A stretch of 64,000 bases of DNA from an uncultured Chloroflexia bacterium (GTDB lineage: Bacteria > Chloroflexota > Dehalococcoidia > DSTF01 > JACRBR01). The position numbers and the translations under genes were made by a program. This document shows positions 1 through 11,084 of this stretch, piece by piece. A model generated the notes under the pieces. That model was not told where the DNA came from, made no database searches, and was given only the letters and a program-made list of their open reading frames with translations. How positions within the stretch are numbered: position 1 is the first letter of the stretch; each line of letters opens with the position of its first letter. The stretch covers positions 1,537,847-1,601,846 of the forward strand of contig OY969567.1 in assembly GCA_963701135.1 (NCBI GenBank), written 5' to 3'.

Positions 1-1
1 C

Positions 2-187
2 CGCGGCGCGGCAGGGGTCTGGATCGAGAACGGCGCGCTGGCGTACCCGGTCGTCGAGATCAACGTGTCAGGCAACCTCAAGCAGATGCTGCGCGACATC
101 GACGCCGTCGGCAACGACCTGCAGTGGTTCGCGGGAAGCGCCGCGCCCACGATCCGCATGTCGCGCCTCATGGTGAGCGGCCTCTAA
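2..187 (+). CDS. TldD/PmbA-family metalloprotease, C-terminal end (5' part outside window)
   Basis: Frame open from window edge to TAA 185-187. Translation ...GVWIENGALAYPVVEINVSGNLKQMLRDIDAVGNDLQWF...TIRMSRLMVSGL resembles the conserved PmbA/TldD C-terminus (from memory). Confidence 0.65.
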   Translation, partial: RGAAGVWIENGALAYPVVEINVSGNLKQMLRDIDAVGNDLQWFAGSAAPTIRMSRLMVSGL

Positions 188-781
<594 letters not shown>

Positions 782-809
782 GTAAGACAGTTGCTCCCGC
801 CTTTCGCCT

Positions 810-851
810 CCTCCAACCTCCAACCTCTAACCTCCACCTTCCAACCTCCAG
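810..851. repeat. heptamer tandem array (CCTCCAA)x6, degenerate
   Basis: Read directly: cctccaa cctccaa cctctaa cctccac cttccaa cctccag. A 14-nt identical piece recurs at 61442-61455. Confidence 0.9.
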
Positions 852-969
852 TAGGGTGCCTGCCCTCTCCGCGGCCAGGGTGTCGCCGACGACACCAACA
901 CGGAGACGCCGCCTTCGGTCCCATCCCCCGCCGGCACCGAGGGGCCCCGCCCGGCGTCTTCGCTTGGAT

Positions 970-1521
970 ATGGCGACTCGCTTTCACTTTGCAGACGCAT
1001 ACTGGTTTCGCGTGCCGTTGAAGACGGTCGTGATCGCGCTCTCCGTGTTCGCGATCCTCTCGCTCTATCCCGCCCTTGGCAACGGCAGCTCGCAGGACCA
1101 GCAGCGCGCCATCTTCGGCTTCACCGTGCTCGCGGCGTTCATCGTTATGGCCAGCATCTTCGCCGTCGCGATCAACGACAGCCACGTCGCCATCGAAGGC
1201 GCCGACATGCACATCCACTTCGAGGCGTTCTTCAACACGCGCTTCCCGCTCTCCGACATCGTCCGCGTGGCCGAAATCGACGCGCGCCCGCGCTGGCGCT
1301 ACCGCTTCGGCTTGTCGACGAACTTCGAGGACCGCGTCGCCTGCAGCCACGGAGGACGCCTCATCGAGATCGAGCTCGCACGCCCGTGCGTCACGCGGCT
1401 GTGGCCGCGCCGCATCGCGGTGCGCCAGTACTGGCTCGCCGTCGTCGAGCACGACGAGTTCCTGGCAACGCTGCGCCAACGCGTGCCCCAGGCCTTCGAG
1501 CGCGAGTCCGCCGCCGCTTAG
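970..1521 (+). CDS. hypothetical membrane protein (two predicted TM helices plus a soluble C-terminal domain)
   Basis: Internal ATG at 970 of ORF 778-1521. The upstream part of the ORF runs through the heptamer array and is Pro/Arg-rich junk. Hydrophobic stretches VVIALSVFAILSLYPAL and IFGFTVLAAFIVMASIFAVAI. High GC3. Confidence 0.55.
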   Translation: MATRFHFADAYWFRVPLKTVVIALSVFAILSLYPALGNGSSQDQQRAIFGFTVLAAFIVMASIFAVAINDSHVAIEGADMHIHFEAFFNTRFPLSDIVRVAEIDARPRWRYRFGLSTNFEDRVACSHGGRLIEIELARPCVTRLWPRRIAVRQYWLAVVEHDEFLATLRQRVPQAFERESAAA

Positions 1522-1563
1522 CCGCGTGCCCAGCCTGTATCATGGCATTGGAAGGGTTGACCG

Positions 1564-3756
1564 ATGATCAACCGCGGCAAGCCACACGCGATCTCCGTCA
1601 CGACCACCGTCGCCTTCGGCGTCGCGCTGGCCGCCGTGCTGCTCATCGCGCTCTTCCCGGTCTTCCCGCGACAGTTCAACATCCGCGTCGGCGACACCGC
1701 CTCGCGCACCGTCAAGTCACCGCGATCGGTCTCGTTCGAGAGCCCCTCGCTGACCAAGGAGAAACGCGGCGAGGCGGCGAGCGCGGTACCCCCATCGCTC
1801 GTGTTCGACCCCTCCGTACGTTCGAGGCAGCTCGCCGAGTACGACAAGGTCACCCTGCAGGTGACGCAGATCCGCTCACAGGGCACCGATGCCGCACGCA
1901 AGCGCGACGCGCTCGCCGCGCTTCAGTCGGTGCAGCTTTCGGCCCGCAGCATCGATACGGCACTCACGCTGCCCGATGACCGCTGGCAGGCCGTGGTGGC
2001 CGAGGGCCGGCGCGTCCTCAACCAGCAACTGAGCGTGTCGTTGGACGAATCGAGCGTGAACAGCGCCAAGGACTCCGTCGACTCGCTCGTCACCGTGGAC
2101 TTCGTGGCGGACCACGCGCTGCTGACGGCCGAACTCGTGCGGCCGCTGATCAAGCCGACGCAGACGGTGGACCAGTCGCGCACCGACCAGGCGCGAGAGG
2201 CCGCGCGCGCGGCCGTGGCGCCGCAGCGGATCAGCGTCGAGAAGGGCGACATCGTGCTCGCTGCGGAGACGCGGGTCGATGAAGTCGCCATCGAGAAGCT
2301 GAAGGCGGCCGGGCTCGTATCGAACCGCGTCGAGTGGCGCAACGTCGTGGCCGCGGCCATCGTGTCGCTCGTCGCCGCCGGCGCCATCGCTGCGTACCTG
2401 TTCGCGATGCAGCCGCGCGGCATTACGTCCGAGCGGCACCTCATCGCGCTGGCGATCGTCATCGGCGGCCCGCTGCTTGCCGCGAAGTTCTACCTGCCGC
2501 TCGTGCTGCCCGACGAGCACCGCTACTTCCTGGCGTTCATCCTGCCCATCGCCGCCGCTCCGATCCTCATCGCGGCACTGCTCGAGACGGACGTCGCGGT
2601 TGTGGTGGCCGGCGTCATCGGCGCCCTCACCGCGTTCGTCAGCGCGTTCCTTCCCGACGTCTCGCTCGTCGCCTCCGTCGGATCGCTCGACACCCTGCGC
2701 CTGATGCTCGTGTACGGCGCGGCACCGCTCACCGGCATCTTCCTGGTGCATCGCGCCGACCGGCTGAACAGATATCTGACCTCCGGCTTTGCCGTGGCCG
2801 CCACGTCGTACGCCGTGCTGCTCGCGACGTGGTTCATCGACAGCGACCGGCAGGCCGGCGACCTGGGCTGGATGGCGTTCGCCAGCGGCATCGGCGGCGT
2901 CAGCGCCGGCGTCATCGCGGCGGGCGCGTTCGTCACCGTTGGCGTGCTGTTCGGCGTCACGACGCGCGTGCAGCTCATGGAGCTGTCGCAGCTCAACGCG
3001 CCGCTCATGCGCCGCCTCCAGGACGAGGCGCCGGGCACGTTCCACCACAGCATCATCGTCGGCAACCTGGCCGAGCGCGCGGCCGACCTCGTCGGCGCCG
3101 ACCCGCTGCTCACGCGCGTGGGGTGCTACTACCACGACATCGGCAAGGTGCTCCAGCCGGGCATGTACATCGAGAACATCCAGAACGCCGAGACGCCGCA
3201 CGACCACATGACGCCGGAGCAGAGCGCGGAGGTGATCCAGGAGCACGTACGCGGCGGCGTTGAGCTGGCGCGGCGCGCGCGACTGCCTGCGCGCGTCACG
3301 GCGTTCATCCCGGAGCATCACGGGACGCGGCTCGTCGCGTACTTCTACCGCAAGGCGGCCGAGACCGACCCGAACATCGATCCCGCGCTGTTCCAGTACC
3401 CCGGCCCGAGGCCGCAGTCCCGCGAGACGGCGATCGTCATGCTCGCCGACTCGACGGAGGCCGTCGTGCGGGCCAGCGACGACCGCTCGCCCGAGCGCAT
3501 CAACCAGCTCGTCGAAGAAGTGATCGCGGAGCGCGTGGCCGAGGGCCAACTCGACGAGAGCGACCTGACGCTGCGGGACCTGCGCACCATCGCCGACTCG
3601 TTCAAGTCGACGATGCGCGCCGTGTACCATCCGCGCGTCCAGTACCCGGAGCCGACGCCCATGGAGGCGCGGCGCCGCGTGCGGCTGCTGCCGCTGCGTC
3701 CGACGGGCGAGCGCAACGGCGATCCGCCGCGCCGCCGGCGCAAGTACGAGCCGTAG
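1564..3756 (+). CDS. 7TM-receptor HD/HDIG-domain phosphohydrolase (PgpH/YqfF-like)
   Basis: 730-aa ORF. It has an extracellular N-terminal domain, about 7 TM helices in the middle, and a C-terminal HD domain with HHSIIVGNLAE...GCYYHDIGK and PEHHGT motifs. Confidence 0.85.
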   Translation: MINRGKPHAISVTTTVAFGVALAAVLLIALFPVFPRQFNIRVGDTASRTVKSPRSVSFESPSLTKEKRGEAASAVPPSLVFDPSVRSRQLAEYDKVTLQVTQIRSQGTDAARKRDALAALQSVQLSARSIDTALTLPDDRWQAVVAEGRRVLNQQLSVSLDESSVNSAKDSVDSLVTVDFVADHALLTAELVRPLIKPTQTVDQSRTDQAREAARAAVAPQRISVEKGDIVLAAETRVDEVAIEKLKAAGLVSNRVEWRNVVAAAIVSLVAAGAIAAYLFAMQPRGITSERHLIALAIVIGGPLLAAKFYLPLVLPDEHRYFLAFILPIAAAPILIAALLETDVAVVVAGVIGALTAFVSAFLPDVSLVASVGSLDTLRLMLVYGAAPLTGIFLVHRADRLNRYLTSGFAVAATSYAVLLATWFIDSDRQAGDLGWMAFASGIGGVSAGVIAAGAFVTVGVLFGVTTRVQLMELSQLNAPLMRRLQDEAPGTFHHSIIVGNLAERAADLVGADPLLTRVGCYYHDIGKVLQPGMYIENIQNAETPHDHMTPEQSAEVIQEHVRGGVELARRARLPARVTAFIPEHHGTRLVAYFYRKAAETDPNIDPALFQYPGPRPQSRETAIVMLADSTEAVVRASDDRSPERINQLVEEVIAERVAEGQLDESDLTLRDLRTIADSFKSTMRAVYHPRVQYPEPTPMEARRRVRLLPLRPTGERNGDPPRRRRKYEP

Positions 3757-3990
3757 TCAGCCCTCGAAGCCGCCAAGCAGCGGCCCGCCCTTGTCCACGA
3801 CTTCGCCGGTCACCGAGATTACGCTCGGGCGCTCTTCGCAGTAGCCGCCGATCTCGCACTTTTCGAACAGGAACGCGTCGTGGTCGCGGCTGTAGAGGAT
3901 CTGCCACGTGCCCGTGATCAGGCTGTCGCGCCCCAGCGCGAGTTGCTGCTGCAGCACGGCGATGAGCGCCTCGATCTCTTTGCGGCCCAC
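3757..3990 (-). CDS. small hypothetical protein (77 aa)
   Basis: GTG at 3990 preceded by GAGG at a 6-nt spacing. High GC3. Product VGRKEIEALIAVLQQQLALGRDSLITGTWQILYSRDHDAFLFEKCEIGGYCEERPSVISVTGEVVDKGGPLLGGFEG; family not recognised. Its stop abuts the stop of the convergent gene. Confidence 0.45.
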   Translation of the reverse strand: MGRKEIEALIAVLQQQLALGRDSLITGTWQILYSRDHDAFLFEKCEIGGYCEERPSVISVTGEVVDKGGPLLGGFEG

Positions 3991-4156
3991 GTGACACCTC
4001 GATTTGGTCCCGGAGTCCCTTCGGATTGGCACGCTTGCGCCCGGGCACTCTGCCATCCAGTATGGCAAACGCCGCTTCGGAGCGCCGGATTGGCGTGCGG
4101 CAGCACGCGGCATCGGTATAATCTGGCGATTCCGAAGCCAGAGATCGTCCTGCCAT

Positions 4157-5086
4157 ATGAACCTCGCTGTCGACATCGCCGCCGGTAAACGCAGCCTGAC
4201 GCTCGCCAACCCCGTGATGGTCGCGTCCGGCACCTTCAGCTATGGCGTTGACTACGCCAACGTCTTCGACATCCAGCGCCTCGGCGCGATCGTCAGCAAG
4301 ACGACGACGCTGCGGCCGCGCGCCGGCAGCCCGACGCAGCGCATCGACGAGACGCCGGCGGGCATGCTCAACTCCATCGGCCTCCAGAACATCGGCGTCG
4401 AGAAGCTGATCCGCGACATGGCGCCGGTGTGGGAGCGGTGGCGCGTGTCGGTCATCGTCAGCATCCTCGGCAGCACGGTTGACGAGTACGGAGAGTGCGC
4501 CGCCGCGCTCGATGGCGTGGCGGGCATCGCCGGGCTCGAGCTCAACATCAGCAGCCCGAACGCCCAGCAGGGCGGCATGGAGTTCGGGCAGGACGCCGCC
4601 GTCGCGGCCGCCGTCACCGCCGCCTGCGTGCGCGCGACGACGCTGCCGGTCATCGTGAAGCTGACACCGAACGTAACGGACATCGTCGCCATCGCGCGGC
4701 GGGTCGTCGATGCCGGCGCCGGCGCCCTGTGCGTCATCAACACGCTCCAGGCGATGTCGATCGATGCGCGCGCGCGCAAGCCCCGCATCGCGCGCACGTT
4801 CGCGGGCCTCTCCGGCCCGGCGATAAAGCCCGTCGCGCTGCGCATGGTCTGGCAGGTGGCCGGTGCGGTCGGCGTGCCCGTGATCGGCTGCGGCGGCATC
4901 GCGACAGGCACGGACGCGGTCGAGTTCCTGATGGCCGGCGCGAGCGCGGTGCAGGTCGGGACGGCCACGTTCCGGAATCCGCTGGCGCCGATCGAGGTGC
5001 TCGACGGCATCGAGCGATTCATGCGCGAAGAGGGCGTCGAGGACGTGCGCGAACTCGTCGGCGCCGCGCGTCCGAACCCCGTCTGA
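4157..5086 (+). CDS. pyrD: dihydroorotate dehydrogenase, class-1-like catalytic subunit
   Basis: ATG 4157. NPVMVASGTFSYG, NSIGLQNIG, LELNISSPNAQQGG, GLSGPAIKP, GCGGIATGTDAVEF motifs. 309 aa with no N-terminal membrane anchor. Confidence 0.85.
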   Translation: MNLAVDIAAGKRSLTLANPVMVASGTFSYGVDYANVFDIQRLGAIVSKTTTLRPRAGSPTQRIDETPAGMLNSIGLQNIGVEKLIRDMAPVWERWRVSVIVSILGSTVDEYGECAAALDGVAGIAGLELNISSPNAQQGGMEFGQDAAVAAAVTAACVRATTLPVIVKLTPNVTDIVAIARRVVDAGAGALCVINTLQAMSIDARARKPRIARTFAGLSGPAIKPVALRMVWQVAGAVGVPVIGCGGIATGTDAVEFLMAGASAVQVGTATFRNPLAPIEVLDGIERFMREEGVEDVRELVGAARPNPV

Positions 5087-5236
5087 ATCTGGAATCACGC
5101 TTCCTGCTTCGACCGCAAAGGGCGCCACTAAGGGGCCAAGCAGTGCCGCCCGGCCGTGATATGAGCGTGCCCGGGCCGCCTGCCCGAGGGGAAACCCTCA
5201 TGCCATTCAAGGCCTCCGGCGGCGAATCCTACCCGC

Positions 5237-5461
5237 ATGTTGATCCTCGACAAGGACAGAGCACTCGATCGGATGATCTGGCTCAGCGGCCGCCACGCGC
5301 TCGTGGTGCCCGAGGAGTTCTCGCACGACCACGCGGTCGCAGCCGAGGCGGTCGCGCCATCGGCCAGCGACGCCGCCTGGCACTGGAGCGACGCCCTCGC
5401 CCTCTCCGCCCCGGCGCAGCCACGCTCAACTCGCGCCGGGCCGCTTCCCGCGGCGGCGTGA
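5237..5461 (+). CDS. hypothetical small protein (74 aa)
   Basis: Only the ORF and a strong G/C bias at third codon positions. No recognisable motif or clear RBS. Confidence 0.3.
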   Translation: MLILDKDRALDRMIWLSGRHALVVPEEFSHDHAVAAEAVAPSASDAAWHWSDALALSAPAQPRSTRAGPLPAAA

Positions 5462-5564
5462 TCGCGCACGTCGGCGGATCATGCCTGGTGCCAGATTCCC
5501 GCAAGAGGCCGTGGTAACATGCGCACCGCGGCCATCCGGGCCGGCCAGACGATTCGGTGTGACG

Positions 5565-6062
5565 ATGCGCTCCCGGCTTATTCTCATCCTCGCCTTCGCG
5601 CTCCTCGCCGTCACGCTCACCGCGCGCGCCGCGGCCACGCACCCGGACTGCACCGTCGAACGCGTGATCGATGGCGACACGTTCGTCTGCACCGACGGAA
5701 CGCACGTCCGGATGCTCCAGATCAACGCGCAGGAGCTGGGCGCGTGCGGCGGCGAGTGGGCGGGCGCGGCCCTGCGCAACATCTTCCTCCCGCCCGGCAC
5801 GCAGGTCCGGCTGAAGTACGACGCCGTCACCGTCGACAAGTACGGCCGCGAGCTCGCCGCGCCGATCGTCCGCGGCAGCGACGGCGCCGACTACAACATC
5901 AGCATCGTGATGGTGTACGTGGGGCTCGCGAAGGCCGCCTACTACGGCGACAACGCGAAGTACCTGGAGTGGGCGCGCGCGGCGCAGGAGTGGGCGCGCA
6001 CCGCGCAGTGGAACATGTGGGCCCCCGGCGGCCCGTACAACGGCGCCACCGACTGCGGCTGA
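5565..6062 (+). CDS. secreted thermonuclease (staphylococcal-nuclease/SNase-like) family protein
   Basis: ATG 5565. Signal-like MRSRLILILAFALLAVTLTARAAA, then VIDGDTFVC..G..VRMLQINAQE...YGRELA, typical of the SNase fold. Confidence 0.65.
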   Translation: MRSRLILILAFALLAVTLTARAAATHPDCTVERVIDGDTFVCTDGTHVRMLQINAQELGACGGEWAGAALRNIFLPPGTQVRLKYDAVTVDKYGRELAAPIVRGSDGADYNISIVMVYVGLAKAAYYGDNAKYLEWARAAQEWARTAQWNMWAPGGPYNGATDCG

Positions 6063-6137
6063 CCCGCGGCCGCGGCCTCGCCTGAACGACGCGCCAGCGC
6101 AGCGGTGTGCGTCGCCAGCGGAGAACTCCAAAATCCT

Positions 6138-6200
6138 CGTTTGATATAGTGCCGCGTCGGCCGGGGAGTGGCGCAGTCCGGTAGCGCGCCTGGTTTGGGA
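6138..6200 (+). repeat. left copy of 63-bp direct repeat: tRNA-Pro promoter region plus tRNA-Pro 5' half (nt 1 to end of anticodon loop, 6162-6200); truncated tRNA fragment
   Basis: 61/63 identical to 7484-7546. The match ends exactly after CCTGGTTTGGGA (anticodon stem 5' arm plus loop). Confidence 0.9.
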
Positions 6201-6308
6201 TTCCACCGGGCTCTACAAGCTAGTCTGACAGCCCCTTCCATCTGATTTCCGATGCGCAGCTAGTCTAGTTAGGCGCACTCGTGCGCTAGGTCGCTCTGGG
6301 GAGATGAA

Positions 6309-6752
6309 ATGGCAGCACAAACACGAAAGGCATCCAAGCCGAAGCCCACGGCGGAGGCGCGAAAAACCCCCATCCTCCAGTATTCGATTCCGTGTGTGGC
6401 GGTGCAGCGTCAAGAAGGCAATGTCTTAATCGTGAACCCCTTCGACACGTTGACATTCGTCGGGGCGGCCGGCCTGCCTGCGCAGTTCGTAATATTAGAT
6501 TGCTGGACCAACGGCGTCGGCGTCTGGCGTACCCATCTCACTGTGAACGACTTGGCAGGCGAGGAGCTTTTTCGGACGAATGAAGTTCGTTTCTGGCTCG
6601 AGGCTCCGATACGGCGTCACCAGGTCGAGAATTACGTTGCGCTCGTTCTTCCCGAGCCGGGAATCTACCTCGTACGCGAATACTTGGAGAACGTGTTGGC
6701 CCTCGAATACCGGCTCAAGATGGACATCCTGTCCGCGCCGCCGGCAGCGTGA
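6309..6752 (+). CDS. hypothetical protein (147 aa) in islet
   Basis: ATG preceded by GGGGAG. Product has a Lys-rich N-terminus (MAAQTRKASKPKPTAEARK) followed by a probably beta-rich domain. Family not recognised. Confidence 0.55.
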   Translation: MAAQTRKASKPKPTAEARKTPILQYSIPCVAVQRQEGNVLIVNPFDTLTFVGAAGLPAQFVILDCWTNGVGVWRTHLTVNDLAGEELFRTNEVRFWLEAPIRRHQVENYVALVLPEPGIYLVREYLENVLALEYRLKMDILSAPPAA

Positions 6753-6791
6753 GGGCTATGATAGACTTCGATTCCCGCCGATACACTGAAT

Positions 6792-7061
6792 ATGGAGCGC
6801 ACGATGATCTCAGGCCAGTTTTCGATCTCGACCGGACGCCAACCGGCAGTGCTGCGCCGCAACACGGAGACGGATCTCAGTCGCAACACTGGCGCCGAGG
6901 ATGCGAACGACTTGACGCTGATGGACGAGGCAGATCGTGACTATGCCCGCGGACTCGGCGGGCCAGTCGAAGCTGCCTTCGAGGCCTTACGTCGTGCAAG
7001 CGGCAAACACGAAAAAACTCGTGCATCAACTCCGCGCCGTGCAAAGGTCGAAGCCCGCTGA
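6792..7061 (+). CDS. candidate antitoxin partner of the RelE-like toxin (uncertain extent)
   Basis: ORF immediately upstream of, and overlapping, the toxin ORF by about 120 nt. No recognisable RHH/HTH motif. The overlap is unusually long, so either boundary may be wrong. Confidence 0.3.
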   Translation: MERTMISGQFSISTGRQPAVLRRNTETDLSRNTGAEDANDLTLMDEADRDYARGLGGPVEAAFEALRRASGKHEKTRASTPRRAKVEAR

Positions 7062-7275
7062 TCTCGCAAGAGTCGAAGATGCGATCAAACAGCTCGCGAC
7101 CAACCCTCGCCCCTTCGGTAGTGAGAAACTAGACAAGGACACCTATCGCCTGCGATGCGGCGATTGGCGCATTATCTATCGCGTTAGCGACGACCAGAAC
7201 GAAGTGCGCGTCGGTGCTGTCCTCCGTAGAAACGAGCGGACGTACAAAGACAGAGCAACCGGCCTGTTCGACTGA
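6943..7275 (+). CDS. RelE/ParE-family type II toxin
   Basis: ...DLARVEDAIKQLATNPRPFGSEKLDKDTYRLRCGDWRIIYRVSDDQNEVRVGAVLRRNERTY matches the RelE/ParE pattern (NPxP.G.K.L....yRlR.GdyRiiY.v.d....v.v..v.hR...Y). Start codon uncertain (GTG 6937, ATG 6943, or later). Confidence 0.75.
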   Translation: MPADSAGQSKLPSRPYVVQAANTKKLVHQLRAVQRSKPADLARVEDAIKQLATNPRPFGSEKLDKDTYRLRCGDWRIIYRVSDDQNEVRVGAVLRRNERTYKDRATGLFD

Positions 7276-7507
7276 CGAGCAGCTTCCCGCCCCATTGAAC
7301 GGCAGAACCCCATGCGCCCGAGCAGCCGCGCCTTGAGCTTGTTCCGCACCCGGCGCTGTAGCCCGCGCCGATGCGTCGGACCACGCCGTAGCTGCGCGTT
7401 AGGCTACCCGCGCCATTGCGATACCGCCCTTACTGGATCGCCTCCCGAGCGTCGCGCACACTCCCGACACGCCGCCGGATGCGCGTTTGATAGAATGCCG
7501 CGTCGGC

Positions 7508-7585
<78 letters not shown>

Positions 7586-7736
7586 ACGGCCGCAGAGCAC
7601 GGCGAATCGTGAGCCGCCTGCTTACGCGCGCCTCTTCTTCACGCCCTTGTCGTCCGCCGTCTTGCCCTGTTAACCCGGCTGTGAAGCGGCCCGGGGTAGT
7701 CTCGTGCTACATGCATCCTTCCAGCAGGAGGCTCCT

Positions 7737-8225
7737 ATGCGGCGAACGCTCTTACTCCTGACCACCTTGGCGGCACTCGCGACAGCAGCGCTCACTCTCG
7801 CGTGCGGCGAAGACGAGACAGATGCGGACAAGACCAGCACCGCGCTGGCCGGCGGAGCGGGCACTCCCGCCGCCGGCGGAGCGGAGGCCGCGACCGTGGA
7901 CGTGACACTCAACGACTTCGGGATTGCGCTTGGAGAGTCCTCCGCGGCTTCCGGCAAGGTCACGTTCGACATCACGAACGAAGGTCCGAGTGAGCATGAG
8001 TTCATTGTGCTCAAGACCGACCTGCCCGCCGATGCCCTGCCCATGACGGACGACACGGTTGACGAGGAAGCGGACGGCATCGAGGTGATCGACGAGGTCG
8101 AGGAGATCGCCGACGGCGAGACCGGCACCCTGGACGTCGACCTCGACCCGGGCAAGTACGTCGTCATCTGCAACGTCGAGGAGCACTACGGCAGGGGTAT
8201 GCACGCGGCATTCACCGCTCGTTAG
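7737..8225 (+). CDS. cupredoxin-like (type-1 copper) lipoprotein
   Basis: AGGAGG RBS and ATG 7737. Lipobox LTLAC. Candidate ligands H (PSEHEF) and C-x4-H-x4-M ([12 protein letters not shown]). Confidence 0.7.
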   Translation: MRRTLLLLTTLAALATAALTLACGEDETDADKTSTALAGGAGTPAAGGAEAATVDVTLNDFGIALGESSAASGKVTFDITNEGPSEHEFIVLKTDLPADALPMTDDTVDEEADGIEVIDEVEEIADGETGTLDVDLDPGKYVVICNVEEHYGRGMHAAFTAR

Positions 8226-8442
8226 CCTCGCCGCCACCTCCACGCCCGGCAGCGGTCCGCCCGATGCCCTATACTGGAGCGGGCCGCCTTACCCGGGCGG
8301 CCCGCCGCGTGGATGCGGAACTCCCCGTATTGTTGAGTCTCCCACGCAATTGGTACGAATGGAGCCATCGATGACGCCCCCGGGCGCATCGGTGCATGAT
8401 GAGCGCGCGGCCGACAACAGCAGGCCGCGCACGAGGAGCGGT

Positions 8443-10293
<1,851 letters not shown>

Positions 10294-10303
10294 CGCTGCG
10301 CGA

Positions 10304-10338
10304 CAGCAAACAGCAAACAGCAGACAGCAAACAGCAAA
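10304..10338. repeat. heptamer tandem array (CAGCAAA)x5
   Basis: cagcaaa cagcaaa cagcaga cagcaaa cagcaaa, starting 11 nt after the typA stop. Confidence 0.9.
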
Positions 10339-10379
10339 AAGGCTTCCCGCACACTGGGCGTTGGCGCTTTAATAGCGTC

Positions 10380-11057
10380 ATGACCATCGACGAGATCATC
10401 GCCGAGCTGCGGTCGCACGCGAACCCCTCCAACGTCGAGGGCATGGCGCGCTACGGCATCAGCGCCGTCAACACGCTCGGCGTCAACATCCCGACGCTGC
10501 GGGCGCTCGCGAAGCGCGCCGGCCGCGACCACGCGCTCGCACAGCAGCTCTGGGACACCGGCATCCACGAGGCGCGCATCCCGGCGGCGATGGTTGACGA
10601 GCCCGCGAAGGTCACGAAGCGCCAGATGGACCGCGGGGCCGCGGACTTCGACTCGTGGGACGTTGTCGACGGCTGCTGTGGCACGCTGTTCGACCAAACG
10701 CCGTACGCATACGAGAAGGCGCTGCAGTGGAGCGCGAGCCGCCGCGAATACGTGAAGCGCGCCGGCTTCGTGCTGATGACGCAACTCGCCGTGCACGACA
10801 AGAAGGCGCTCGACGAGACGATGCTGCAATTCCTGCCGGTCATCGTCCGCGAGTCGGGCGACGAGCGGAACTTCGTCAAGAAGGCGGTGAACTGGGCGCT
10901 GCGCCAGATCGGCAAGCGCAACCGCCGCCTCAACGCCGCCGCCATCGCCACCGCACACGAGATCCTGGCGCTGAACACGCGCGCCGGCCGCTGGATCGCC
11001 CGCGACGCCCTCCGCGAGCTGCGGTCGGACGCCGCCCAGCGCCGGCTCAAGCGCTGA
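10380..11057 (+). CDS. DNA alkylation repair protein (AlkD-like HEAT-repeat family)
   Basis: ATG 10380. EIIAELRSHANPSNVEGMARYGI....LGV..P.LRALAK...DHALAQQLW.TG.HEARI...FVKKAVNWALRQIGKRN pattern typical of this family. Confidence 0.7.
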   Translation: MTIDEIIAELRSHANPSNVEGMARYGISAVNTLGVNIPTLRALAKRAGRDHALAQQLWDTGIHEARIPAAMVDEPAKVTKRQMDRGAADFDSWDVVDGCCGTLFDQTPYAYEKALQWSASRREYVKRAGFVLMTQLAVHDKKALDETMLQFLPVIVRESGDERNFVKKAVNWALRQIGKRNRRLNAAAIATAHEILALNTRAGRWIARDALRELRSDAAQRRLKR

Positions 11058-11084
11058 ACCACCCGCAACCGACGATTCTGATGT

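Larger units (their letters stand above)
6201..7483. mobile_element. remnant integrated islet in tRNA-Pro (no integrase), carrying 3 ORFs including a RelE-like toxin
   Basis: Bracketed by the 63-bp direct repeat. 60-nt samples give about 55-60% GC against about 65-70% in the flanks. Codon usage is less GC3-biased. Confidence 0.6.

Noticed and set aside
1876-3630. 584-aa minus-strand ORF antisense to the 7TM-HD gene
   Set aside because: It is Arg/Asp/Gly/Ala-rich low-complexity sequence with no motifs. It lies opposite a strongly supported gene. Stop-free antisense frames are expected at this GC content.
5087-5236. Intergenic stretch after pyrD, checked for SRP RNA, RNase P, tmRNA, 6S and cobalamin-riboswitch hallmarks
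   Set aside because: None of the conserved boxes I know (for example GGGGCUGA for the tmRNA 5' end, GAGGAAAGUCC for RNase P, or the B12 box) is present.
7276-7483. Looked for an integrase remnant at the right end of the tRNA-Pro islet
   Set aside because: Six-frame reading gave no tyrosine- or serine-recombinase motif (no R..H..R..Y-type C-terminal pattern). Only short Arg-rich ORFs are present.
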